Below, piece by piece: positions 1 through 10,446 of a stretch of 64,000 nucleotides of DNA. The DNA lies in assembly GCA_963737065.1 (NCBI GenBank), contig CAVTRC010000001.1:224001-288000 (forward strand), read 5' to 3'. How positions within the stretch are numbered: the first letter of the stretch is position 1; each line of letters starts with the position of its first letter. The position numbers were made by a program, and so were the translations under genes. The stretch is from Candidatus Eremiobacteria bacterium (GTDB lineage: Bacteria; Vulcanimicrobiota; Vulcanimicrobiia; Vulcanimicrobiales; Vulcanimicrobiaceae). Below the pieces are notes generated by a model that saw only the letters and a list, made by a program, of their open reading frames with translations, was not told the origin of the DNA and did no database searches.

Positions 1-1898
1 GCCTGCATGTTCGCGTTGTCCGTGATTTGCTGGATTTGTGCGGTGAGCGAGGAAATGCGGTCCGTGTTCGTGTTTTCGAACCCTTGCACGATCGCGACAC
101 CGCCGTCGGGCATCTCGCCCACGATGCCGTTGGTGAGAAGGGTTGGCAATCCCGTGACGTTGCCGAGGTAGCTCCCGAGGCTGCTCGTCAGGCTGCCGGA
201 ACCTTGAAAAATCTGCTGAACCTGGCTCGGATTCGCGGCGAGAGCAGCGGTCAACTTCGACACGTCGAGCGCTTGAAACGTTCCGTCCGTTCCCTGCATC
301 TGTTGCGTGGAAACGGGTTGGTTCGGGTTTGTAGAACTCGTGTTACCACTCGTCGAGGACGTCGAGAGCGTCGTGAACGAATCGGTTAGCTGCAGACCGA
401 TTGATGCTAAGGAGTTGTACGAGCCGTTCGAACTCCCGAAAAAGCCCGTTACAAGACTCGTCAGCTCGTTCTTGACGTTCTGAATGTCGCTGTTCCACAG
501 CACGCCGCCGCCGACCGACGCGGATTGCGCCGTCGTCGAAGAGCCAATTTGCGGCGTGATCACGGCGGGTGCAATCGTTGCGTTGTCGATTTCCGTGACC
601 GCCGCATTGTAGGCGGATACGAAGGTGTTCAACGCGCTCACGAGTTTCGATGAATCAGACCCGACGCTCACCGTATACGGGGTCGTGAAACCGTTGATGT
701 TGAGTTGAACGCCGGGGATCGCATTCGTTATTTGATTCGAATTGCTATAGACGGTATTGCTGACGCCCGACGGGCCTTCAACCGTCACGGAAGCCTGCGT
801 ACCGACCATCGTCGTCGCACCGCTCGTCGTCGTAAGGCCGGCCGCATTCAAGAAATTGCTCGTGTCCCCCGCCGCCCCAACCACGATGTTTTGGGGACCG
901 GTCGCGCTCGCCGTAAGCGTTATCTTGTTCGTCGTCGCATCGTAGCTCGCGATGACCCCGGCATTGCTCGAGTTGATGCGCGCGACGACCGAAGCAGTGT
1001 TGTCGCCCGACGCGGAGACGTTGATGTGCACGCCGTTGATCGTGAAATAGCCTGACGTCACCGGGGTCGTGTACCCGGCATTCGTCGAGCTGTTAAACGC
1101 GGCGCCCTGGTTGATACCGCCGATGTCCGACGTACTCGTTACACTGCCGCTCGTCGCCGTGTTGTTGATCTGCGCCGACGACAGCTTGAAAACATCGAGC
1201 AAATTGCCCGTATCGCTCGGAGCACCCAATGTGATCGGCTTATCGGTGGACGAAAAGGTGACTTTACCAGTCGACGAATCGAGGCTTGCGTGGAAGCCGG
1301 AATCGATCGGCGTCGCGCCGCCCGCGATGTCGTTATTCAACTTCGTAATGATCGAATCGACCGAATCGACGTTGACGTTGTACGTTAACGTGAAGCCTTG
1401 CACCGTAATGCTGCCGTTTCCGCTCGCGCTGTTGCCGTTTGACGGCGTTACGGCTGCATACGACTTCGCGAGGATCACCTGATCCGAGGGCGGGCTGCCG
1501 TCCACGATCGAGTGCCCGGCCGCCGGATTGTTCGTAACGGTTGTCGCGGCGGCTTGCGTTTGACCGAGAATCGTGTAGGTGCCCGCGACCGGCGTTTGAC
1601 CGGCGATCGAGCTCGCGGCGCCTTCGGCGCTATTGCTCGAAGTCGCCACTGACGAATTGAACAACAGCGGATCGGAAAGGTTGCCCAGTGCGTTTTGCAC
1701 GCAGTTGAGCATATTATTGATCTTGATCAACTCGGTGTTCGCGGCATTGAGCGTGGCGATTTGCGCGTTGAGCGAGACGTTTTGCGAAAGCGTCAGCTGC
1801 GTGAGCTTTGAAATGATCGCGTTATAGTCGATGCCCGAAGCGATGCCGGGAAACGAAACCGGGGGAACGTTAGTACCCGGAACTGAATTCGAGGACAC
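1..1898 (-). CDS. fliD: Flagellar filament cap protein FliD (3' end runs off the window)
   Basis: Manual translation from GTG at 1898 (RBS AAGGAG): MSSNSVPGTNVPPVSFPGIASGIDYNAIISKL, the typical FliD N-terminus; follows flaG; absent from the ORF track because no stop lies in the window. Confidence 0.9.
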   Translation of the reverse strand, partial: MSSNSVPGTNVPPVSFPGIASGIDYNAIISKLTQLTLSQNVSLNAQIATLNAANTELIKINNMLNCVQNALGNLSDPLLFNSSVATSSNSAEGAASSIAGQTPVAGTYTILGQTQAAATTVTNNPAAGHSIVDGSPPSDQVILAKSYAAVTPSNGNSASGNGSITVQGFTLTYNVNVDSVDSIITKLNNDIAGGATPIDSGFHASLDSSTGKVTFSSTDKPITLGAPSDTGNLLDVFKLSSAQINNTATSGSVTSTSDIGGINQGAAFNSSTNAGYTTPVTSGYFTINGVHINVSASGDNTASVVARINSSNAGVIASYDATTNKITLTASATGPQNIVVGAAGDTSNFLNAAGLTTTSGATTMVGTQASVTVEGPSGVSNTVYSNSNQITNAIPGVQLNINGFTTPYTVSVGSDSSKLVSALNTFVSAYNAAVTEIDNATIAPAVITPQIGSSTTAQSASVGGGVLWNSDIQNVKNELTSLVTGFFGSSNGSYNSLASIGLQLTDSFTTLSTSSTSGNTSSTNPNQPVSTQQMQGTDGTFQALDVSKLTAALAANPSQVQQIFQGSGSLTSSLGSYLGNVTGLPTLLTNGIVGEMPDGGVAIVQGFENTNTDRISSLTAQIQQITDNANMQ

Positions 1899-1913
1899 GG
1901 TAGCTCCTTGCTG

Positions 1914-2273
1914 CTATGCGTTCTTGTCGAACGTGACGCCGGATTGCTGGTCAAAGAATTTTGCGAGACCCAACAACAGCTCGGGCGGAAACTGCGCGAC
2001 TTCTTTTCCGGTCTTCGGGTCCGAAAATACCGTGACGACGTCGTTGCCTTCGACGCGGTACGAAACGTTCAAACGGACGGGCTGCGAGCCGCCGCCGAAC
2101 AGTTTTGCGATAGCGGGAGCGATGCCGGCGTGGGAATCATCGTTCGCCGGTGATTCCGCCTGCGCTGCGGGGAGGGCGCCCGGCACGCTTCCGGGCGTTT
2201 GTGCTGCTGCCGTCGACTGCGCGACCGCCGGTCCCGGCTGTCCGTCAACTGCTGGAGCCGCTTGAACTTCCAT
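1914..2273 (-). CDS. flaG: FlaG family flagellar protein
   Basis: C-terminal DPKTGKEVAQFPPELLL..GVTFDKNA motif; directly upstream of fliD. Confidence 0.85.
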   Translation of the reverse strand: MEVQAAPAVDGQPGPAVAQSTAAAQTPGSVPGALPAAQAESPANDDSHAGIAPAIAKLFGGGSQPVRLNVSYRVEGNDVVTVFSDPKTGKEVAQFPPELLLGLAKFFDQQSGVTFDKNA

Positions 2274-2308
2274 GTGCGCTCGTTCTCCTTAGAATCCGTC
2301 TTGTTCTA

Positions 2309-2336
2309 AAATCGGCGCCAAGCGCACTTCGGTTTA
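2309..2336 (-). promoter_or_regulatory. Sigma28 (FliA/SigD)-type promoter for flaG-fliD
   Basis: TAAA-N16-GCCGATTT on the minus strand. Confidence 0.75.
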
Positions 2337-4277
2337 GGCGACCGGAACGGCAGCGGCGTGCCCGTACGCGGTGACGGCGGCGACGAGTGCAGGCCAAGCT
2401 GACGTTGCTGCCGCCTCGCGGAAAGCGGCAACGTCGACGGTGCGTTCCCATGCCGCCCGGAATCCGGCTTCGATCGAAGATACGTCCATCGGGTCGACGG
2501 ATGTCACGAGTTCCGGCCATACGGCCGATGCGTATCCCGGCTTCGGCGCGACGGCGGCCGCGCCGTAACCCATGCCACGCGCGAGACGCGAGAGGCCGCG
2601 AGCCGCCGCACCGACATCGGCAACGACCCGCGCGCGCGCGTAGATACCTTCGATCTCCGGCGCGTGGAGGTCGCCATCGCGAACGAGGGTGACGGCCGGG
2701 CCGGCCGTTTCGGTGAGATAGCCGTAATACTCCACGTTTTGTACGGGCCCGAGAAGGACCAGCGGCAGACGCGTGCGATTGGCGGCGTGGATCGCGAAAT
2801 GCTGATTGCGCTCCGCATCGAGCGGTGCATGAATCAGGATGTACGGCTGCGTACCGACGATGGAACCAATGCGCGAGGACGGCGTAACACAATCGACCGG
2901 AACGCCGGCCGGAATGACGCTTCCGCGGTATCCGAAGCGCTCGCGCAAGAAGTCCGCCTCAGCATCGCAACTGACGAGCGCCGCGGCGGCGCGTTTCATG
3001 AGCACGCCGGAAGCCTCGTCGTAAAGCGAGCCGCTCGCAAGTCCGCCGATTCGACGGCGCGCGAAGGCCCAGTGGTACTCGTCGATCACCGGCGCATCCA
3101 CGGAGCCGCGCGCGATCGACATGCTTCCGTCGCCCGCTAAAATCGTTTCGCCGAACCGGTCGTCCGCATATGGAGTGACGACGACCGGGACGTGTGCGGA
3201 CTCTGCGTCGCGGAGTAATTCGACGAGCGTCGTCCCATGGCGTAAGCCGAACACATGAATCAGGTCGGTGCGACTGATCTCGACGTCGCGCGCGGTGCAG
3301 AGGGCGGCGTCAAAACCTTCGTTGCGTAGTTGTCCGGCGAGCGCGCGGGCCTCGTCGAGATCGGCGTCAGGAAACCGCAGCGCATCGTCACGAACGACGA
3401 GTCGTATGACACCCGAAGATCCGCCGACCGCTTTCGGCGCTTGGATCGACGACGCGACGACCGGAACGTCGTGCTCGGCAACGGCAAACGTGCCGATGAC
3501 CGGCGCATCTTCACAATCGAACGACACCGTAACGTGCATCGGAATCGGCTGCACGATCGAAATCTCGCGGTCATCGTTTCGCGGGCCGCCCTCATACGCG
3601 CTGAAGCGCGCCGCAACGGCATCTTCCCGCGGCCCGACATAACACTCGTATTCGCGCGAGCGGTTCAGCGGCGCCGTACTACGTATCGACGCAAACCACT
3701 GCGCGGAAAGCGGATCTTGTTCGATGCCGATCGATGCGGCCACGTTCGAAAGCGCGGCGGCCGTATTTCCCGCATTACGTCCCGCGACCGCGACGTCTCG
3801 CCCACGCGCGAATCGCTGCGCGTAGACGCCCGGCGCAACGCGTTGAAAAGCTTCGCGATATGGCGCTGCCCCATAAAACCCAGCCGATCGTGCCGCCTCG
3901 AAGCCCGCCCGCGCCTCGTCATGATAGAAACGAATCTGCTCGCTATTGAAGAACCGCGCCGTCGTCAAGCTGCGCAACCACGGTAAGATGCGTTCCTCCA
4001 CCTGCGAAATTTCAGCATCGTTCACAAACGAAAGCGAGCGCGGCCACGCAATCGCCGGCGCTTCGCGCGTCACGAGCATCAGTCCGTTGACGCGTACGAG
4101 CGGAACGAACAACCATTCGCCGGCGCGATGAAACACGAGATCGGCGAACGCCTCCAACCGGGCGGACAGCGTCGGCTCGATCCGCGCGACGGCAACGTAT
4201 TCCGCACGTAGAAGATCATCGGCGCGTGCCCGGTCGAGCGACGGCCAAAGCGCGGAGTGGAAATCATGCACGTTCAT
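2334..4277 (-). CDS. Glycosyltransferase (GT-B/GT4-like C-terminal domain) with a degenerate methyltransferase-like N-terminal part
   Basis: Start at ATG 4277 (ATGA overlap with the upstream stop); DLIHVFG, ERNQHFAI and VDPMDVSSI GT4-like segments; lies in the flagellin glycosylation block. Confidence 0.65.
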   Translation of the reverse strand: MNVHDFHSALWPSLDRARADDLLRAEYVAVARIEPTLSARLEAFADLVFHRAGEWLFVPLVRVNGLMLVTREAPAIAWPRSLSFVNDAEISQVEERILPWLRSLTTARFFNSEQIRFYHDEARAGFEAARSAGFYGAAPYREAFQRVAPGVYAQRFARGRDVAVAGRNAGNTAAALSNVAASIGIEQDPLSAQWFASIRSTAPLNRSREYECYVGPREDAVAARFSAYEGGPRNDDREISIVQPIPMHVTVSFDCEDAPVIGTFAVAEHDVPVVASSIQAPKAVGGSSGVIRLVVRDDALRFPDADLDEARALAGQLRNEGFDAALCTARDVEISRTDLIHVFGLRHGTTLVELLRDAESAHVPVVVTPYADDRFGETILAGDGSMSIARGSVDAPVIDEYHWAFARRRIGGLASGSLYDEASGVLMKRAAAALVSCDAEADFLRERFGYRGSVIPAGVPVDCVTPSSRIGSIVGTQPYILIHAPLDAERNQHFAIHAANRTRLPLVLLGPVQNVEYYGYLTETAGPAVTLVRDGDLHAPEIEGIYARARVVADVGAAARGLSRLARGMGYGAAAVAPKPGYASAVWPELVTSVDPMDVSSIEAGFRAAWERTVDVAAFREAAATSAWPALVAAVTAYGHAAAVPVA

Positions 4278-5490
4278 GGCACCGCGACGCTTTCGAGCAG
4301 CCGGCGCAGCGCGCTCGGACTGCGATCTTTGATCCGATCCGTATCGATCGATACGCGCGCTTCGATGCTTGCGCGCCATGCGGCAAGGTCTTCTTCATCG
4401 CTGATCGCAATATCGGGGCTGCGTTCGGCCGGGACGTTGAGCTTCTCGAGGAGACGCACCAACCGGTGCGCGATCGTTGCAGCACTCGGCTCACCGCGCG
4501 AACCGATCATCAGTGTGACCGGCGATTGTACGTCGAACGCCTGAACGTAACGCCGAACGAACTCGGCGGCCCGCGTCCAGGTTCGCTCGTCTTCTATGGC
4601 GGCGACGAAGACGCATTCGTTGTCCGGCCGAGTGATGGCCGCATCTCCGGAATCCGCCCGAGGCGCCGGGAGCGCTGCATAGTGAACGGTTCGGTCGAAG
4701 CCGCGCACGATGCTTCGCCGTGGATCGTATCCTTCGGTAGGAAGCTCCGCCGATGGATAGCCCCATTTTTCGGCAAACTTTATCCAGTTCGATCGCATGG
4801 TCGCGCCGTAGTCGACGTTGTTCGCAATGAAGGACTGGCTGCCGAAGTGATGGATGAAACTGTCATCGCAGACGTAAATGTGATAGCCCGCCGCGCGCAC
4901 GCGCATCGAAAAGTCGTCGTCCTCGAAGTTTCCGACGGCAAAGCGTTCGTCGAAGCCGCCGACCTGCTCGATGACCCGGCGGTCGATGCACAGACAAAAG
5001 CCGATTGCACGATCGGTAAGGAAACCGCGCTTTTCGAATCGCCGGCGACGCCGCGCGGCGTAGACGTGCATCTCGGCGATCGTTTCGTATTGCGCGTCGA
5101 TCACTTGTTGATCGCCGACGATCTTGTTGCTGCGAGGCGCCGTGACGCCCACGCCGGGGACTCGCGCGAACGGATCCAAGAGCGCGTCGAGCCATCCCTC
5201 GGTGACGATGACGTCATTGTTGAGGACGACGATGTACTCGCCCGACGCGGCGGCGATGCCATCGTTGTTCCCGCCGCCGAAACCGCGATTGCGATCGTTG
5301 TAAACGACGCGAACGTGCGGATCGTCGATCCCGCGCAACATTTCGAGGGTTTCCGGGTTCGAGCCGTTGTCGACGACGATCACTTCATACGGTTCGCTCG
5401 TGTATGCCGCAATCGATTCCAGCGCGGTTTTCGTGTACTGCGGCGCGTTCCAGCTCAGCGTAACGATGGAAACGAGCGCGACGCTGACGC
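4274..5490 (-). CDS. GT2 glycosyltransferase, C-terminal half of an apparently frameshifted GT2-GT2 gene
   Basis: LVSIVTLSWN, VIVVDNGS, VVLNND and GNFEDDDFS motifs; no convincing start of its own. Confidence 0.75.
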
Positions 5491-6896
5491 CGGGGCGCGG
5501 CGAGATACGGTTCCATTGCAACGGGATCGGTATCGGCCAAACTCTCGAGCGAACGTCCATGTTTCGACTCGAAAGCAAGGTCGCACGCTACGTCTCCTAC
5601 GTTTGCAATACGTTCACCCGCACCTCGGGTAGCATAGCCCATCGGCAAGAGGCGCAGCAGTAAGTCGGCGATCGAACCGTCCATCGTATCCGACGCGTTC
5701 AGTTGCATATCGGCGGGAATCACGTGGAGCGCGAGGATCGTGCAACGCCCGTCGGCGGCAAGCGTTCCGACGTTCTCGCCAAGCGGCAATTGCGGCGAGT
5801 ACGTTGCGGCCGCCGCGGTCTGGCCCGAGACGACCTGCCGATAGAGTTCCTCCAACCAATGCGGCTCGAGTTCGGTATCGCCGCGGACGAACGCCACATG
5901 ACGCACCCCGCGCACGCGCATCGCTTCGCGTGCGCGTTCGAGCGCGTCATCGTCGAACGCCCACACGATCTCACCCACCGGCATTGCGGTGTCGCGGATT
6001 CGCGATGCAAAACCGTCGCGGCCCGCATTCGGCTCGACCGTGTGCACGACGACCGTTACGGGTTGAATTTGAAGGACAAGCGGACTTTTGAGCGTTCGAA
6101 GCGTCTGGTACGGATGGCGCAGCAGGCCTCGCTCGATGAGCTTCGCGACGCCGTCATACACGAATTGTCTGCCCCAACGGCGATGCAACAACTCGGTGTT
6201 CCACGCGACCTTCCGGAAGCGTTGCAGTCCCGATTGCGACTCGAAATGATAGAGCACCGCGTCGCCGGCATAGATCACGCGCAGTCCTTTGCGGCGCACC
6301 TTCAGGCAATAGTCGACATCTTCGTAGCCGTTCCAGTACGCCTCTTCGAGACCGCCGAGCTCTTCATACAACGCGCGCGGCGTCAAGAGACACGCACCCG
6401 TCACCATGTGCAGGTCTTGCACGCGCACCGCGTCGGGATCATCGAATCGAACGAGATAGTTGTGGTGATACGGCATGCCGTCCGGCAAGCCGAACGTGTT
6501 ACCACCTACGACGACCCCGCCATGCTGAACCGTTTTGTCGGGATAGAGAAGCCGCGCGCCGACGATTCCGACGTTGTCTTCGCGCGCATGGTGCAGCATC
6601 GTCCGAAGCCACCCGTCCCAGGGCTCCGTGTCGTTGTTGAGCAGCACGAGAAACTCGCCGCGCGCAACACGTGCGGCTTGATTGTTCGCGCCCGCGAAGC
6701 CGAGATTCGTTTCGTTCCGGATCACTCGAATCGACGGGAACTCTGCGAGAACAGCCGCGGTGTGATCCGTGGAGGCATTGTCGACCACGATCACTTCGCC
6801 GATGCCGGCGCCGGCCGTCGTGCGCGGAATCGCGTCCAGGCAACGCTTCGTCAGATCGGCCTTGTTAAAGACGGGGATAATGATCGAATAATCCAT
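5385..6896 (-). CDS. GT2 glycosyltransferase, N-terminal half; frame shifts near 5480-5495
   Basis: SIIIPVFN, VIVVDNAS, LLNNDT and YEDVDYC motifs; the last ~35 aa are Arg-rich, out of frame and overlap the next GT2 domain. Confidence 0.8.
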   Translation of the reverse strand: MDYSIIIPVFNKADLTKRCLDAIPRTTAGAGIGEVIVVDNASTDHTAAVLAEFPSIRVIRNETNLGFAGANNQAARVARGEFLVLLNNDTEPWDGWLRTMLHHAREDNVGIVGARLLYPDKTVQHGGVVVGGNTFGLPDGMPYHHNYLVRFDDPDAVRVQDLHMVTGACLLTPRALYEELGGLEEAYWNGYEDVDYCLKVRRKGLRVIYAGDAVLYHFESQSGLQRFRKVAWNTELLHRRWGRQFVYDGVAKLIERGLLRHPYQTLRTLKSPLVLQIQPVTVVVHTVEPNAGRDGFASRIRDTAMPVGEIVWAFDDDALERAREAMRVRGVRHVAFVRGDTELEPHWLEELYRQVVSGQTAAAATYSPQLPLGENVGTLAADGRCTILALHVIPADMQLNASDTMDGSIADLLLRLLPMGYATRGAGERIANVGDVACDLAFESKHGRSLESLADTDPVAMEPYLAAPRRQRRARFHRYAELERAAVHENRAGIDCGIHERTV

Positions 6897-6901
6897 CGAC
6901 C

Positions 6902-8968
6902 CTAGCGCCCGATTGCGTTTTCGGCTACGCGTGCCGCTTCTTCAAACCGTCCCTGACGAAGAAAGAACGCCGCGAGTTCGACCGCGCCGCGTGCCCCATC
7001 CGTTTGGGCAATCGAGGCGAGCGCGTCTTCAGCCCGCACGAGGTCGTTGCGTGCTTCAGCAATCGAGGACTTCAAGCGCAATGCGCCGGTGTGCGCGGGC
7101 GCAACCGCAAGGATCTTCTCGACTGCGCCGAGCGCTTCGTCATCGCGATCGAGCGAATGTAAAATGGTCGCGCGCAGAAACATCCCGTCGACGTGCAACG
7201 CCGGCGTGTCCATCGTGATCGCGTCGAGGTGCTCGAACGCAGTTTGAGTGCGGTGAAGCGATGCCGCGGCCGCTGCCGCGTTGAAATGGAGATACGCGTT
7301 GCGCGGCTCGAGCGCTAAGCCCGCTTCGGCTAATCCGAGACTTGCTTCATGATCGCCTTCCCCGCTGCAGCGGTAGGAGCGGCGAACGTAATCGGCGGCG
7401 CGGCGCGGCTCAACTGCTTTCTCGCGCGCGAGCATCCGCTGCAGTGCTTCGTCGTTGCCACCCTCGCGGTACTCCGCTTCCAGCCAATTCAAAATCTCGG
7501 CGGACCCGGGCGCGCGATCCGCTGCCGCTTCTAGGTATCGCAACGCTTCCGGTTTGCCCTTGATGCTCGCGGCGAGCTGCGCGCCTGCGAGAAGCAACTG
7601 CCCAGCGACGTCGTCGCTGAGCGACGGATGACACGCGTCGATGATTGCGATCGCCGCTTCGCCGTCTTTGCGTCGCAAGAGGTAGTTCACGTAGTCGATC
7701 GTCCCGTAATCGTCGCCGAACTCTTCGTACACGTGCCGGAAAAGCGCTCCGGCTTCCGTAAACTGTCCGAGCCGTTCGAGCGCGCGCGCGAGGTTCAACA
7801 TGAGCGGCTGTACCTTCGGCGCGTTGGCGAGGCCTTTACGGAACCACTCGACCGCCGCCGCATCGTCGCCTTGAATTACATAGCTTGAACCGATCTCCGA
7901 ATGCGCCTTCCAAATGGAGACCTGATCGTCGACGACGAACTGCTGATGCACGAATGCGCCGTCAGCGATCGCCTCGAGAAACGCCTCACGTGCTTGCTCG
8001 TAGCGCTGTTGCGCGACGAGCGCTTTGCCCAGTTGAAAGTGCGCGTTCGCGTAGCGGGGAGAGAAGCGCAGCGCGCCGAACGCGATCTCTTCACCCTTCT
8101 TCGGGTCGCCCAGCTTGTCGCAGTACGTCTCCGCCAGGATCGAATATCCGTTTGCAATGAACCCACGCGTTTCATCGCCGTTGAGCGCACGCATATGCTC
8201 GAGCGCGTCACGCGCCGCTTCGAAATCCTTCATCATGAACGCGGTGGTCCCGAGATTGAACCAGACGAAGGGATCGCTCGGATCTTTTTTCGCCGCCGCT
8301 TGAACGATTTCGAAATTTCGTTTTGCCTTGTCGCGCTGCTTGACGACCTCTGTTAAGTATCCATGGTGAATGACGGCGACGGGCGCGTTTACCGCGTTCA
8401 GTCCGCTGGCGCTTTCGTCAAGCGTGACGAACTCGTGAATCAAGCCGCGAAACCGGATACGTTCGTTATTCGGAAAAATGCGCACCAGCGCGTGCGACAT
8501 CTCACCGGTACCGCGGTAGTCGTCGGAGCGGTTGTAACACCGAATCCATACCCCGGTCGTGTGCGCGGGGACGTTTTTCAACGTTTCGAGCACGGGAATC
8601 GACTCCGGCTTGAGTTCTTCGTCGGCATCGAGCATCAAGATCCAGCGACGCGATGCCATTGAGATCGCCTCGTTGCGCGCCCATGCGAAATCGCTGCGCC
8701 ATTGGCGATGCTCGACGCGCGCACCAAACCCATGTGCGATCGCGACGGTGCGATCCGAGGATCCCGTATCGACGATGCAAATCTCATCGGCGACGTTTCC
8801 GACGCTGCGCAAACATTGTTCCAGGAAACGCTCTTCGTTCTTGACGATCATGCATAACGTCAAGCCCGCCGGCTTCTGGACGAATCCCGCGGGCGGTTGC
8901 GGAAGACCGTAGGAAAGAGCTTGTTGCGGCGCGGGCGCCGCGCGCCGCGAGGTCACCCGGATAGGCAT
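6902..8968 (-). CDS. GT2 + TPR-repeat glycosyltransferase (probable flagellin glycosyltransferase)
   Basis: LCMIVKNEE, IVDTGSSD, WILMLDADE, IHE and HHGY motifs followed by TPR repeats; directly downstream of flagellin. Confidence 0.9.
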   Translation of the reverse strand: MPIRVTSRRAAPAPQQALSYGLPQPPAGFVQKPAGLTLCMIVKNEERFLEQCLRSVGNVADEICIVDTGSSDRTVAIAHGFGARVEHRQWRSDFAWARNEAISMASRRWILMLDADEELKPESIPVLETLKNVPAHTTGVWIRCYNRSDDYRGTGEMSHALVRIFPNNERIRFRGLIHEFVTLDESASGLNAVNAPVAVIHHGYLTEVVKQRDKAKRNFEIVQAAAKKDPSDPFVWFNLGTTAFMMKDFEAARDALEHMRALNGDETRGFIANGYSILAETYCDKLGDPKKGEEIAFGALRFSPRYANAHFQLGKALVAQQRYEQAREAFLEAIADGAFVHQQFVVDDQVSIWKAHSEIGSSYVIQGDDAAAVEWFRKGLANAPKVQPLMLNLARALERLGQFTEAGALFRHVYEEFGDDYGTIDYVNYLLRRKDGEAAIAIIDACHPSLSDDVAGQLLLAGAQLAASIKGKPEALRYLEAAADRAPGSAEILNWLEAEYREGGNDEALQRMLAREKAVEPRRAADYVRRSYRCSGEGDHEASLGLAEAGLALEPRNAYLHFNAAAAAASLHRTQTAFEHLDAITMDTPALHVDGMFLRATILHSLDRDDEALGAVEKILAVAPAHTGALRLKSSIAEARNDLVRAEDALASIAQTDGARGAVELAAFFLRQGRFEEAARVAENAIGR

Positions 8969-8994
8969 CGTTCCTGTTTTCGGCTCACGCTCAT

Positions 8995-9028
8995 AAAAAA
9001 GAAGAGAGCCCGCCGGAGCGGGCTCTCT
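8995..9028 (-). terminator. Intrinsic terminator after flagellin
   Basis: Perfect 11-bp stem AGAGAGCCCGC/GCGGGCTCTCT, 4-nt loop, followed by TCTTTTTT on the minus strand. Confidence 0.85.
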
Positions 9029-9057
9029 GTTTCGCGATTGCTCGCTTGCTTCCGCGT

Positions 9058-10329
9058 TTAACGGAAGAGTCCCAGAACCGTTTGCGCGTTCGAGTTCGAC
9101 TGCGCCAAGACCGACGTGCCGACTTGCACGAGGATCTGCAGCTTCGTGAACTCGGTCGTCGCTGCGCCGACGTTGAGGTCGCGGATGGACGATTCCGACG
9201 CCTGCAGGTTCACCGCTGCGACGTTGTCGTTGCTCGCATCTTCGTTGAGGCGAACGATGACCGCGCCGAGTTGCGCCTGCTGATTGAGGATCGTCTGGAG
9301 CGCGTTGTCGATCTGACCGATCGCGTCTTCCGCACCGAGCGACGGAGCGTTCGCGGCGGAGAGCGCCAGGTTGATGTTCGAGATGCGCAGCGTTTGCGTG
9401 CTCGTCGCCTGGATACCGATCTGGATGACGTCGCCTTCATCAGCCGCCGATTGGAAGCTCAGCGCCGGGTTGTTCGGGTTCGTCAGAGCAGCCACGTTCT
9501 GGCTGATCTTGATGTACGACGTCGTGCCGACATCCGCGGTCGTGAACGTACCGAGGCGAACGCTGACGTTGTCGAACGCCGCCGCAGCGCCTTTGGCACC
9601 GTAAAGGCTCGAGGACACGCAGACCTTACCGGTCGCACTGTCGACGAACGTTTCTTGCACGGCGATCGACACGCCGGTGTTGATCACCTGAAGCTCGATC
9701 GTACCGTCGGTCGTACCGGTGCCGCCGAAGCCCGCCGTACCGCCGGTGGTCGTCTGGAACTTCGCGTTCGCGGCAGAAACCGATGCCGCGAGGAAGCCGT
9801 AGTTGATGCCTTGGCTCGTCGCGATATTACCGTTCGTCGAGAGCGCCGTGTTCGCCGTGATGTGCAGGTTCGCTTGTTGACGCGCCTGGAAGCCGGCGTG
9901 GCTGCCGTCGAGGAGTGCTTGACCGTTGAAGTTCGTGTTCTGCGAAATCCGGTTGACTTCGAGCAGAAGCTGCGAAACTTCAACCTGCAGGTTCTGACGA
10001 TCGCTGTTCGAGTTGATGTCCGACGCCGCTTCGACCGCGAGATTGCGGATCCGTTGCAGAATGTCGGTCGTCGTTTGCAGCGCGCCCGACGCGACTTGCG
10101 CCGCGTTGTTGGCGTTCTGCACGTTTTGAACGGCTTGGTTGTAGCCGTCCACCTGCGTTTGCAGATTCGTCGCGATTGCGAGGCCCGACGGATCATCCGA
10201 CGCATTGTTGATGCGCAGACCCGACGAGAGCTGCGTGACGATATTCTTGAGCGCGTTTTGATTGTTGTTCAGGTTGAGCTGAACGTTGTTCGCCAACAGA
10301 TTATTGGCAATGCTGAGTCCTTGACTCAT
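9058..10329 (-). CDS. fliC: Flagellin
   Basis: LSSGLRINNASDDPSGLAI N-terminus and ASESSIRDLN..QILVQVGTSVLAQSN C-terminus. Confidence 0.97.
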   Translation of the reverse strand: MSQGLSIANNLLANNVQLNLNNNQNALKNIVTQLSSGLRINNASDDPSGLAIATNLQTQVDGYNQAVQNVQNANNAAQVASGALQTTTDILQRIRNLAVEAASDINSNSDRQNLQVEVSQLLLEVNRISQNTNFNGQALLDGSHAGFQARQQANLHITANTALSTNGNIATSQGINYGFLAASVSAANAKFQTTTGGTAGFGGTGTTDGTIELQVINTGVSIAVQETFVDSATGKVCVSSSLYGAKGAAAAFDNVSVRLGTFTTADVGTTSYIKISQNVAALTNPNNPALSFQSAADEGDVIQIGIQATSTQTLRISNINLALSAANAPSLGAEDAIGQIDNALQTILNQQAQLGAVIVRLNEDASNDNVAAVNLQASESSIRDLNVGAATTEFTKLQILVQVGTSVLAQSNSNAQTVLGLFR

Positions 10330-10331
10330 TT

Positions 10332-10397
10332 TTCCTCCATGAACGCGCGGTGCGCGTGTTGTTACAAGACTAGTCTGAAGGGGAACGTCCTGTCCCC
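10332..10397 (-). promoter_or_regulatory. Putative CsrA-binding sites in the flagellin leader
   Basis: Hairpin GGGGAC-AGGAC-GTTCCCC (10380-10397) and a second site GTTCATGGAGGAA overlapping the RBS. Confidence 0.65.
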
Positions 10398-10406
10398 TCC
10401 GTTGGA

Positions 10407-10434
10407 ATATCGGAGCCGCGATTTACCGACTTTA
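10407..10434 (-). promoter_or_regulatory. Sigma28-type promoter for flagellin
   Basis: TAAA-N16-TCCGATAT. Confidence 0.85.
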
Positions 10435-10446
10435 GCAGGCCTCGAA

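Noticed and set aside
8975..9005. Sigma28 promoter for the TPR glycosyltransferase (GCCGAAAA)
   Set aside because: No TAAA-like -35 at 16 nt; region overlaps the flagellin terminator
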